From Candidatus Woesearchaeota archaeon (GTDB lineage: Archaea > Nanobdellota > Nanobdellia > Woesearchaeales > UBA12501): a stretch of DNA of 48,136 bases. The stretch lies in NCBI GenBank assembly GCA_014729495.1, contig WJJV01000112.1, positions 1 to 48,136 on the forward strand. Reading direction: 5' to 3'. The position numbers were made by a program, and so were the translations under genes. Under the pieces are notes generated by a model. That model ran no database searches. It was given only the letters and a program-made list of their open reading frames with translations, and was not told the DNA's origin. Shown here piece by piece: positions 34,105-42,360 of this stretch; the first letter of the stretch is position 1, and every line of letters starts with the position of its first letter.

Positions 34105-34902
34105 TTACTTCTTCCCTGCTCCGCCTTTCATCTTGGCGGTTATCCTTGAGAGCTCATTCACATTCTCCATGAATCCTGGAAGTATCTTCTGGAATACCTT
34201 CTCAAGGGCCTTTATCTCTACTCCTATATCAACTATGCCCTTGTCATATTCTGAGATCTTTCCAAGAACTCCCTCATGGAGCTTGTCAAAGCTCTGGCCT
34301 ATATCAGTCATCTTCTGCTCAAGCTTTGTTATCCTGGACTCAGTTGAATCCTTCCATTCAACTATCCTGTTGACATTCTCTATGAGTTCCTGCCATTTCT
34401 CCTCTATGATGGCTTCAGCAATCTCATGGATTCTCTCTTCGCTCATGCTTCCTCCTGCCATTCCTGGAGGGTCCATGGGCGGCATGCCTGATGGAGGCGG
34501 TGGTGACTGCCCAGGTCCTGCCTGACTGTGCCCTGAGGATGGAGGGGGCATATCCGGAGGAGGCATGTTTCCTCCTCCCTGACCAGGATTATCCTGGCCT
34601 GTCTGTGCACTTCCTTGCCAATCCTGTGCTGGCGGCCTCATCTGAGTGGGTGTTGGCTGTTCTGGCATATTATCACCTCTGTTATCATTTGCGTCTAAAG
34701 CTCCTTCTTTCAGGTCAGCCTGGTTCATAGCCTGGCTTATCTGATCCAGTGAGTAACCCTGTCTTTGAAGAGTCTCGTATATCTGGTTGACAGTCATTCC
34801 CTGGTCCTTGAGAGATATTATCTTCTCTGTGGGAACATCTGAAGGAGCTTCAGGGGAAGGTTTTGAAGGCTTCTTTGCGAAAAGATCCTTTAAAAAAACC
34901 AT
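34105..34902 (-). CDS. Coiled-coil protein with an N-terminal two-helix motif and a P/G/Q-rich linker (possibly FlaC-like accessory protein)
   Basis: 265 aa. The low-complexity stretch PPDMPPPSSGHSQAGPGQSPPPPSGMPPMDPPG is followed by C-terminal heptad-like helices. Confidence 0.6.
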   Translation of the reverse strand: MVFLKDLFAKKPSKPSPEAPSDVPTEKIISLKDQGMTVNQIYETLQRQGYSLDQISQAMNQADLKEGALDANDNRGDNMPEQPTPTQMRPPAQDWQGSAQTGQDNPGQGGGNMPPPDMPPPSSGHSQAGPGQSPPPPSGMPPMDPPGMAGGSMSEERIHEIAEAIIEEKWQELIENVNRIVEWKDSTESRITKLEQKMTDIGQSFDKLHEGVLGKISEYDKGIVDIGVEIKALEKVFQKILPGFMENVNELSRITAKMKGGAGKK

Positions 34903-34920
34903 TTTCTGTGATTAGGCTGC

Positions 34921-35418
34921 TCATTCTTTTAAATCTTTTGATTTTTGGGAGAGTACTTCATTGATCTTTTCTTCCACTATCCTGTCCACTTCATTTCTCT
35001 GGACAAACTTGACAGGATCCCACATATTGATGTACTTCTCAAGTATCTTGACTTCCTCTGTCTTTGCGCATTCCATGAGCTCCTTGACTATCAGCCTTAC
35101 CTTGTCCTTGAGGTCAGAGAACTCGCGCCTTGCATCTGTGAGATCAGAATTCAGTGATGACGCTTCCCTATGGAAGTCCTTGTTGAATTTCAGGAGGTTC
35201 TGGTCAGTAAGCTGGGTGTTTTTCCTGAGATTAGTATACCTCTCTTCAAGTATCCTCAGCCTTCTGCTCAGATTGTTTATCTGATTTGAAAGATCAGACA
35301 TTGCTGTGACAGGAACATCTGCCTCATGCTTTCCGAAAAGTGAACCTCCAAAACTATGCTTCTTCGGCTCTTCCTTGTCTTTGCCTGAATCCTCTTTTTT
35401 TGCGAATGGATTTTCCAT
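34921..35418 (-). CDS. Coiled-coil hypothetical protein (165 aa)
   Basis: Charged and heptad-rich (LSNQINNLSRRLRILEERYTNLRK...). The SD GAGG lies upstream, and it is on the same strand as the neighbouring coiled-coil gene. Confidence 0.6.
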   Translation of the reverse strand: MENPFAKKEDSGKDKEEPKKHSFGGSLFGKHEADVPVTAMSDLSNQINNLSRRLRILEERYTNLRKNTQLTDQNLLKFNKDFHREASSLNSDLTDARREFSDLKDKVRLIVKELMECAKTEEVKILEKYINMWDPVKFVQRNEVDRIVEEKINEVLSQKSKDLKE

Positions 35419-35581
35419 GAGCGCCTCTTTTTAGACAATCTGGTTGCTGGTTGGCTGCTGCCTGTGTGCTGTCTCTGTTGTACTGTTACTATTGAGAGTA
35501 TTCCATGATTAATATATAAATGTATTTGAAAACATACTAAAAATCTTATATGGATCATCTGCTTTATTCAATATTGATGTC

Positions 35582-35851
35582 CTATCTCTGCATCCTGTTC
35601 ATGAGCTCTTTCATGGAATCCTCCTCTTTTACCCTGGAATTATCAGAATGCACCTTTGCGCCTACCAGAAACATGACCAGGAAGAACAGGACCATCAGAA
35701 GCACAATGAATGACATCATATATGGAGGTATGCTGTCAGACTGGCTGTCCATCACAGCCCCTCCTGTTATTGTGGGTCTTGCTATAGCGAATACAATCAA
35801 TGCCATGAATAACAGCATTATTATGACCCAGGTAAATGCGAATCTCCTCAT
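35582..35851 (-). CDS. Small two-TM membrane protein (89 aa)
   Basis: The ORF has two hydrophobic helices and a charged tail. No family recognised. Confidence 0.45.
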   Translation of the reverse strand: MRRFAFTWVIIMLLFMALIVFAIARPTITGGAVMDSQSDSIPPYMMSFIVLLMVLFFLVMFLVGAKVHSDNSRVKEEDSMKELMNRMQR

Positions 35852-35990
35852 TTTTTGATAAAGGTGGCCTTATTGATATATAAGCTTTTCGATTTATATT
35901 ATAAAATAATATGATGTAATATAAAAAAACATAAAATATATAAAATAATATTGATTTACATGTCCAAAACAGTTAAATATAGGTCATTAT

Positions 35991-36164
35991 ATGAAAAAAC
36001 CAATAAGTGCCACAATAGACGAGGATCTTATTGAATGGCTCAGTTCTCAGACTGCAGACAAGACAAGATACAGGAACAAGAGCCATGTGATAGAAGTGGC
36101 TCTCGAGAATCTCAGGAAAGAGTCTGAAGAGCAGGAGAACAGGAACAAAAAAAGAGGGAGATAA
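35991..36164 (+). CDS. Ribbon-helix-helix (CopG-like) protein, 57 aa
   Basis: Manual translation gives MKKPISATIDEDLIEWLSSQTADKTRYRNKSHVIEVALENLRKESEEQENRNKKRGR. It has the beta-strand ISATIDEDL followed by two helices. It ends 12 nt before the ATPase gene. Below the ORF-track cutoff. Confidence 0.55.
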   Translation: MKKPISATIDEDLIEWLSSQTADKTRYRNKSHVIEVALENLRKESEEQENRNKKRGR

Positions 36165-36176
36165 GGAGCAGATAGT

Positions 36177-38462
36177 ATGGCAGAAAAAGAGGTTTGGAAC
36201 TATGAGATCATCAGGGAAGGAGAAGATGTTATCCTGAGAGTTGACTGCAGCAACATAATAAGAGCCCCTTCTATAGAAGATGACCCATTATACATGTCCA
36301 AGATAATAGAGACCCTTGCAAAAGTCAAGAATGCCACAAAGATAATACTCTACCAGAAAAGGGACTATGAGTATGGTCTTGAAGAGACAGGTCTGCTTCT
36401 TGAGATAGCAATGCTCTATCAGAAGCTCTCAAGAGAGAAGGACTATTTCTCATACGAAGCCCTGACATTCAACGGAAGATGCACAAAGGATGTCAATGAG
36501 AAATACACATATGTGCAGAACATCATATTCAGAAGGATCAAGGAGGATCCTATATCAGCATTTGTTGAGCTCAAGCGTAAGATAAGGGATCAGAAGATGT
36601 TCATGCAGAAGACAGTGAATGAGAATGACATCTACTGCATAAAGAGATACGTGGGTCTTCTGCAGTACATATACAACCTTCTGGAGAACACAAAGCTAAT
36701 CTCACTTGTAAGGAAGAGGCTTGAAGGATACAGGAAAGGTGACCGGGAGATATACAGGGATATATTCCATCCTACAATAAAGCCTGACTTCATGTTCACA
36801 AAGCTCATGGCAGATTACCCTGCAGAAGGAGAAGAGATAGACAGCTATGTAGTGGGAGACAATACAGAGATAACACTGTTCAAGTTCAACGATGATGTGA
36901 AGTACCTGTACCACATGATGCCTCCTGAGTTCAAGCTCGGCGAGGAGAAATATGAGATACTTGACATGGCCAGGAACATAATGGCAGAACACAAGCCCAC
37001 AAGGGCAGAGTTCGTGAATCCTCAGAGGATGAGAGAGGTCTTCTATAACATAGGACATGACCTTATTGAGGAGCTGCTGGGATACAGGAATGTCAAGATG
37101 AGCCAGAAAGAGATAGACGAGCTCACTCAGATACTTGTGAGATACACAGTAGGCTTCGGCCTCATAGAGGTTCTACTGCAGGATGAGAGGATACAGGATA
37201 TCTCAATAAACTCACCCCTTGGAAGGATCCCTATGTTCATAGTGCATGGTGATTATGCAGACTGCTTTACAAACATTGTCCCCACAATACCTGAAGCAGA
37301 GTCCTGGGCTTCGAAGCTGAGGATGATATCAGGAAGGCCGCTGGATGAGGCTAACCCCATTCTTGACACTGAGCTTGAGCTTCCTGGAGTGAGCACAAGA
37401 GTTTCTGTGATAACACAGCCTCTTGATCCTACAGGAATTGCTTACTCATTCAGGAGGCACAGGGACAAGCCATGGACACTGCCATTATTCATCTACAATA
37501 AGATGATCAATCCAATAACTGCAGGCCTGCTGAGCTTTGTTGTAGATGGTACAAGAAGCATGCTCATAGCAGGAACAAGAAGCTCTGGTAAGTCATCATT
37601 CCTGAGCAGTCTTATGGTAGAGATAATGAGAAGATACAGGATAATAACAGTTGAGGATACCCTTGAGCTGCCCACAAGGCAGATGAGGGATCTCGGATTC
37701 AATATACAGCCTTTGAAAGTTGCGTCTGCCCTGACAAGAGGTTCATCTGAGGTGAGTGCTGCTGACGGAATAAGATCCACTCTTAGATTGGGAGACTCAT
37801 CGCTGATAATAGGAGAGGTCAGGAGCAAGGAAGCTCTTGCCCTCTATGAGGCAATGAGGGTTGGAGCAGCTGCCAATGTAGTGGCAGGAACAATACATGG
37901 TGACAGCCCTTATGGAGTCTTTGACAGGGTAGTGAATGACATAGGCGTTCCAAAGACATCATTCAAGGCAACAGACCTTGTTATAGTGGCCAATCCAATA
38001 AAGAGCCCTGGAGGCACAGAGAGAAAGAGAAGAGTGACCCAGATAACAGAAGTAAGGAAACATTGGGAGAATGATCCTATGCTTGAGAACGGCTTTGCAG
38101 ATCTTTTCAAGTATGACAGCAAGAAAGACCAGCTTGTTGCGACAGATGACCTGATGAATGGAGACAGCGATATCCTTAAGATGATAGCAGCTAACATACC
38201 TGATTTTGCAGGAGACTGGGATGCAATGTGGCAGAACATAGAGATGAGAGCAAAAGCAAAGAAGACCCAGGTTGATTACGCAGTCAAGATGGACAATCTT
38301 GATCTCCTTGAAGCACCATTCACAATAAAATGCAATGACCGGCTCCACATACTCTCAGAGAAGGTCAAAAGAGAGACCGGAACACTGGATCCAAAGAGGA
38401 TATACACAGAGTGGGAGATATGGCTCAAGAGTGAGATGAAGAAGAAAGGCCTGAAAGAATAG
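36177..38462 (+). CDS. Type II/IV secretion-family ATPase (archaeal FlaI/PilB-like) with an extended N-terminus
   Basis: Walker A AGTRSSGKSSF, Asp box/Walker B RIITVEDTLEL and LIIGEVRSKEA, His box GTIHG. 761 aa. Confidence 0.85.
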   Translation: MAEKEVWNYEIIREGEDVILRVDCSNIIRAPSIEDDPLYMSKIIETLAKVKNATKIILYQKRDYEYGLEETGLLLEIAMLYQKLSREKDYFSYEALTFNGRCTKDVNEKYTYVQNIIFRRIKEDPISAFVELKRKIRDQKMFMQKTVNENDIYCIKRYVGLLQYIYNLLENTKLISLVRKRLEGYRKGDREIYRDIFHPTIKPDFMFTKLMADYPAEGEEIDSYVVGDNTEITLFKFNDDVKYLYHMMPPEFKLGEEKYEILDMARNIMAEHKPTRAEFVNPQRMREVFYNIGHDLIEELLGYRNVKMSQKEIDELTQILVRYTVGFGLIEVLLQDERIQDISINSPLGRIPMFIVHGDYADCFTNIVPTIPEAESWASKLRMISGRPLDEANPILDTELELPGVSTRVSVITQPLDPTGIAYSFRRHRDKPWTLPLFIYNKMINPITAGLLSFVVDGTRSMLIAGTRSSGKSSFLSSLMVEIMRRYRIITVEDTLELPTRQMRDLGFNIQPLKVASALTRGSSEVSAADGIRSTLRLGDSSLIIGEVRSKEALALYEAMRVGAAANVVAGTIHGDSPYGVFDRVVNDIGVPKTSFKATDLVIVANPIKSPGGTERKRRVTQITEVRKHWENDPMLENGFADLFKYDSKKDQLVATDDLMNGDSDILKMIAANIPDFAGDWDAMWQNIEMRAKAKKTQVDYAVKMDNLDLLEAPFTIKCNDRLHILSEKVKRETGTLDPKRIYTEWEIWLKSEMKKKGLKE

Positions 38463-38540
38463 ATATTGCAAGCGGATCTGCCATACGCTTATTAGGATAG
38501 GCAGAAGGGAAAAAGAGGTAAAAAGAGGTAAACCCCGCAA

Positions 38541-40823
38541 ATGCCTAAAGATAGTGACACAAAGGACAGGATCAGCAGTAAAGAGATAGAAGACATGATG
38601 CAGAGGTACAAGGAGAAGCTCAACAAGGAGTTCCGCGGACCTCTTACTGCTGAGAGAGGAGAAGCCTCTGTAAGGTCTCTTGATTATCAGGAGTTCAGGC
38701 AGGAGTTCATGCCAAAGAGGCTCAGCATCTATGAGAAGCTCTGCAACATGAGCGAGAAGCTGCTCAAGATAGCTCCTGACAAGAAAAAGACTGAGGATTA
38801 TGAAGAGGCAATAAGGATATGCCACCTCAGCACCACTCCCACAGGTGTTGTGTCATTCGCTGTCATAGCTCCCCTTCTACTGATTGTCATGGGTTCGGTA
38901 ATAAGCTATCTGCTATTCCAGTCCATGTTCTTCATAATGTTCTTTCTTATAGCAGGAGCAGCAATCTATGCCCCTCTGAACAAGCTTCCTATGTTCCTTG
39001 CCAACAGCTGGAGGATGAAAGCCAGCAACCAGATGGTCCTGTGTATCTTCTATGTTGTCACATATATGAGGCACACATCAAACCTTGAGCTGGGCATGAG
39101 ATTCGCCTCAGACCATCTTGCGCCTCCATTATCAATAGATCTCAAGAAGATCCTGTGGGATGTTGAGACAGAGAAGTACGAGTCAATAAAGGAATCGCTT
39201 GACAGCTACCTTGACACATGGAAGAAGTACAACATGGAGTTCATAGAAGCATTCCATCTTGTTGAATCATCATTATACGAAGGTGATGAGGACAGGAGGA
39301 TAAGCCTTCTTGATAAGTCCCTTTCAGTCATACTTGATGAGACATACGAGAAGATGCTTCATTATGCACAGAACCTGAAGTCTCCGATAACCATGCTCCA
39401 CATGCTTGGAATAATCCTGCCGATACTCGGCCTGGTCATACTTCCTCTTGTAGTCAGCTTCATGTGCCAGGTGGAATGGTATCATCTCGCTGCACTTTAC
39501 AATGTAGCACTGCCAATAATAGTCTATTATCTCGGCAAGAACATCCTGTCAACAAGACCCACAGGATATGGAGATACTGATGTATCAGAGGAGAATCCTG
39601 AGCTCAAGAAGTACAGGAACATAATAATACCTCTGGGTCCTTTTGAACTAAAGATAAGGCCTATGATTATCAGCATAATCTTTATAATATTATTTGTGGG
39701 TCTGGGAATAAGCCCTCTTGTCCTGCACATGTTCACAGCAGACTCAAACTGGGATCTGATAGTGCCAAAAAAAGGGGATAATCTCTTACAGACAACTTAT
39801 CAGCTTGAGGATCCTGATGAGAAGTTCGCTTTGCTTGGCTATAGGAAATCTCTTGGATGCCCTCCAGGAGAGACAAACTCTCCTGGATTTGGCGAGGTTG
39901 TGGGGCCTTTTGGCCTGGGAGCAGCGATCTTCAGTCTTCTTCTTATAATAGGCCTGGGAGTAGGAATCGGATTGTACTTCAGATTCAAGGCATCGAATGT
40001 GATAAAGATAAGGGACAAGGCAAAGCAGCTTGAGAAGGAGTTCGCTTCAGCGCTCTTCCAGCTCGGAAACAGGCTTGGTGACGGGCTTCCTGCTGAGATT
40101 GCATTCAGCAAGGTGGCTGCAGTGATGGGAGACAGTGTCTCAGGTTCATTCTTCACGCATGTATCTATGAACATAACCAGGATGGGAATGGGTGTTGAAG
40201 CAGCGATTTTTGATCCAAAGCATGGGGCTCTTGTATACTATCCTTCATCTTTGATAGAGAGCTCAATGAAAGTTCTTACAGAAAGCGCAAAGAAAGGGCC
40301 TGCAATAGCAGCAAGGGCTGTTATAAGCGTGTCAAGGTACATAAAGGAGATACATCGAGTGGACGAGAGGCTCAAGGACCTGATGGCTGACACCATAAGC
40401 TCAATGAAATCACAGATAAAGTTCCTCACACCAGCTATCGCAGGGATTGTGATCGGAATAACATCAATGATAACCACAATACTGGGCCAGCTTGGAGTTC
40501 AGCTCAGAACACTCACTTCAGGACAGGATGATGCAGCTCAGATGGGTGGTGCAGGCGGCATGATCAATATGTTTGGAGAAGGTGTTCCTACATTCTATTT
40601 CCAGATAATCGTGGGATTCTATGTTGTACAGCTGATATACATACTTACAATAATAACCAACGGAATAGAGAATGGATCAGACAGCCTTGGAGAGAGATTT
40701 GCTCTGGGAAAGAACCTGATAACAAGCACTTTATCTTATGCTGTCATTGCTCTGATAATCATGCTTGTATTCAATCTTATAGCAGGCACTATAATGGGAA
40801 AGCTAAATCTAGGTGGGGCTTGA
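38541..40823 (+). CDS. Polytopic membrane platform protein (FlaJ/TadC/PilC-like, tentative)
   Basis: 760 aa and multi-TM, with two cytoplasmic helical domains resembling T2SS-F repeats. It lies immediately downstream of the ATPase. Confidence 0.6.
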   Translation: MPKDSDTKDRISSKEIEDMMQRYKEKLNKEFRGPLTAERGEASVRSLDYQEFRQEFMPKRLSIYEKLCNMSEKLLKIAPDKKKTEDYEEAIRICHLSTTPTGVVSFAVIAPLLLIVMGSVISYLLFQSMFFIMFFLIAGAAIYAPLNKLPMFLANSWRMKASNQMVLCIFYVVTYMRHTSNLELGMRFASDHLAPPLSIDLKKILWDVETEKYESIKESLDSYLDTWKKYNMEFIEAFHLVESSLYEGDEDRRISLLDKSLSVILDETYEKMLHYAQNLKSPITMLHMLGIILPILGLVILPLVVSFMCQVEWYHLAALYNVALPIIVYYLGKNILSTRPTGYGDTDVSEENPELKKYRNIIIPLGPFELKIRPMIISIIFIILFVGLGISPLVLHMFTADSNWDLIVPKKGDNLLQTTYQLEDPDEKFALLGYRKSLGCPPGETNSPGFGEVVGPFGLGAAIFSLLLIIGLGVGIGLYFRFKASNVIKIRDKAKQLEKEFASALFQLGNRLGDGLPAEIAFSKVAAVMGDSVSGSFFTHVSMNITRMGMGVEAAIFDPKHGALVYYPSSLIESSMKVLTESAKKGPAIAARAVISVSRYIKEIHRVDERLKDLMADTISSMKSQIKFLTPAIAGIVIGITSMITTILGQLGVQLRTLTSGQDDAAQMGGAGGMINMFGEGVPTFYFQIIVGFYVVQLIYILTIITNGIENGSDSLGERFALGKNLITSTLSYAVIALIIMLVFNLIAGTIMGKLNLGGA

Positions 40824-40910
40824 AAAAAAGCATTTCTGAAGGATACAAAGAATTCTGTCTCAGAAATAATGCAAATGAAATCCCGACTTCATCTAAAATA
40901 TTAAATGCCT

Positions 40911-41185
40911 TAATAATGCCGACTCCTTTCAGTCGTCTGGCATTATTAAGCATTCAAAAACCAATTTTGCCGACTCAAAAGTTCGTCTGGCAAAATTATC
41001 AGAAGAATGCGTACAAAATTCCGACTCACTTTGTTTGTCTGGAATTTTGATGCATGTAAAAAGGCAAAATCCTATTGTGTAGAAAACATTAAATGCATAA
41101 ATAATCCCGACTCGCAAGCTCGTCTGGGATTATTAAGCATTCAAAAATCAATTTTGCCGACTCACAGGTTCGTCTGGCAAAATTG
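40911..41185 (-). repeat. Array of five hairpins with covarying A/T-rich arms and a conserved core (minus sense: CCAGAC-GA-N6-7-GA-GUCGG)
   Basis: Hairpins at 40911-40948, 40963-40997, 41014-41049, 41100-41134 and 41149-41185. Pairs H1+H2 and H4+H5 form a duplicated ~87-bp unit joined by AAGCATTCAAAAA. The minus-sense T7 run at 40823-40829 could terminate a tRNA-trailer transcript. Confidence 0.8.
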
Positions 41186-41195
41186 CTTTATTGAA

Positions 41196-41297
41196 TGGGA
41201 CAGCCGGGATTTGAACCCGGAACACCTAGATTTCTTATGCCTGGCATTGCCTGGAGAATCTTCAGTCTAGTGCTCTCCCAGGTTGAGCTACTGTCCC
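41196..41297 (-). tRNA. tRNA-Phe: tRNA-Phe (GAA) with a ~28-nt intron at the canonical 37/38 position; no encoded CCA
   Basis: Manual cloverleaf, in order: acceptor GGGACAG/CTGTCCC; D arm GCTC-AACCTGGGA-GAGC; anticodon stem CTAGA/TCTAG with loop CTGAAGA interrupted by ATTCTCCAGGCAATGCCAGGCATAAGAA; T arm CCGGG-TTCAAAT-CCCGG; discriminator A. Confidence 0.9.
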
Positions 41298-41328
41298 AAA
41301 AAGACAATGAAATGAAAAAGTTATAGGA

Positions 41329-41847
41329 TCACTCGATCTTTTCTTCTTCAACATCAAGATCAAGCTGTTCATCCTCAGTCGCTGATGACTCAGGATTGCC
41401 TGTCGGCTTGTTGAGCTCCTCAAGGTCCTGCTCTTCTGTCTTCTCATCCTGACTTAGAGGCTGGGTTGCTTCCTGAGTATCCTGCTCAACAGTGCTCTCT
41501 TCCTTGAGCTCGTCATCTGTCACAGCCTGGACATTGTCATCTCCTGCTGGTCCTATGACCTCAAGGCTTCCGAACTTTCCGGTTGTGAGCTGAGATTCTC
41601 CCTGCCACTCATTAACATAGCCGTTCTTGATCTGGATCCTGTCACCTACCTTCACCTGATCAATCTGCTCATTCCAGAGAGTGAGGGCCATTGTGCCTGA
41701 CTCATCCTTGATCTTTGCATTGCATACTCTTCCCTGTTTCCCGAACTTGTTGAACTCCCTGATGTCGCCTTTCTCGACAACTTCAGCAGCTAGCTCAACA
41801 CTTCCTTGTTTTGGTTTTAATTCGCTTATTTGCATAATAGAGGCCAT
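41329..41847 (-). CDS. OB-fold single-stranded DNA-binding protein (SSB/RPA-like) with an acidic C-terminal tail
   Basis: The OB fold is GRVCNAKIKDESGTMALTLWNEQIDQVKVGDRIQIKNGYVNEWQGESQL, followed by a long D/E-rich tail. The start may be the internal ATG at 41835, given the TATA spacing. Confidence 0.7.
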   Translation of the reverse strand: MASIMQISELKPKQGSVELAAEVVEKGDIREFNKFGKQGRVCNAKIKDESGTMALTLWNEQIDQVKVGDRIQIKNGYVNEWQGESQLTTGKFGSLEVIGPAGDDNVQAVTDDELKEESTVEQDTQEATQPLSQDEKTEEQDLEELNKPTGNPESSATEDEQLDLDVEEEKIE

Positions 41848-41919
41848 TTAGAGGGGGTTTTATATAAAGTTTATGGACAGTTTAGAATATGCTGCTTGGG
41901 GAATATACTGCTTAGGTTC

Positions 41920-42327
41920 TCAGAAATGATGCATCATCGCATCAACCCTGCTTTCCTGCCATCCCTGATGCATGAGAGCGGCCTTCACATCTTCTTTAGA
42001 ATATCCCTGAGCAATGGTTGATTTTATGTATTCTTCAGCTGCACTAAGCTTTTCTGGAGGTATCTGGGATAGTATCCTCTGCCTTTCTTTTTGGTGCTTG
42101 ACAAGGAATACCATGCCGATTATGCCCATAATTATTATGAGGAACACCACTATTGCAAGAACCATATTCTGGGAGAGGAATTCTGCTGCAGTAACTGATC
42201 CTGTAACATCCTCTACAGCACTTCCTGTTATGGGCTCATAAGGAGTCATAAGAATCATGATGCCAAAACATACTAGAATGAAAACACCTATTGCTCCGTA
42301 ATTTAGATCCTCTTTTTTCTTCATCAT
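41920..42327 (-). CDS. Two-TM membrane protein with a C-terminal two-helix motif
   Basis: 135 aa. The C-terminal AQGYSKEDVKAALMHQGWQESRVDAMM resembles the N-terminal motif of 34105-34902. Confidence 0.5.
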   Translation of the reverse strand: MMKKKEDLNYGAIGVFILVCFGIMILMTPYEPITGSAVEDVTGSVTAAEFLSQNMVLAIVVFLIIIMGIIGMVFLVKHQKERQRILSQIPPEKLSAAEEYIKSTIAQGYSKEDVKAALMHQGWQESRVDAMMHHF

Positions 42328-42360
42328 TACCCCTGATGATGCATCAAAGATATATGGTAA

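Noticed and set aside
40820-41270. Track ORFs 40820-41050 (+), 41007-41270 (+) and 40929-41117 (-)
   Set aside because: They run through the hairpin array and the tRNA gene. The repeat-derived peptides have no RBS.
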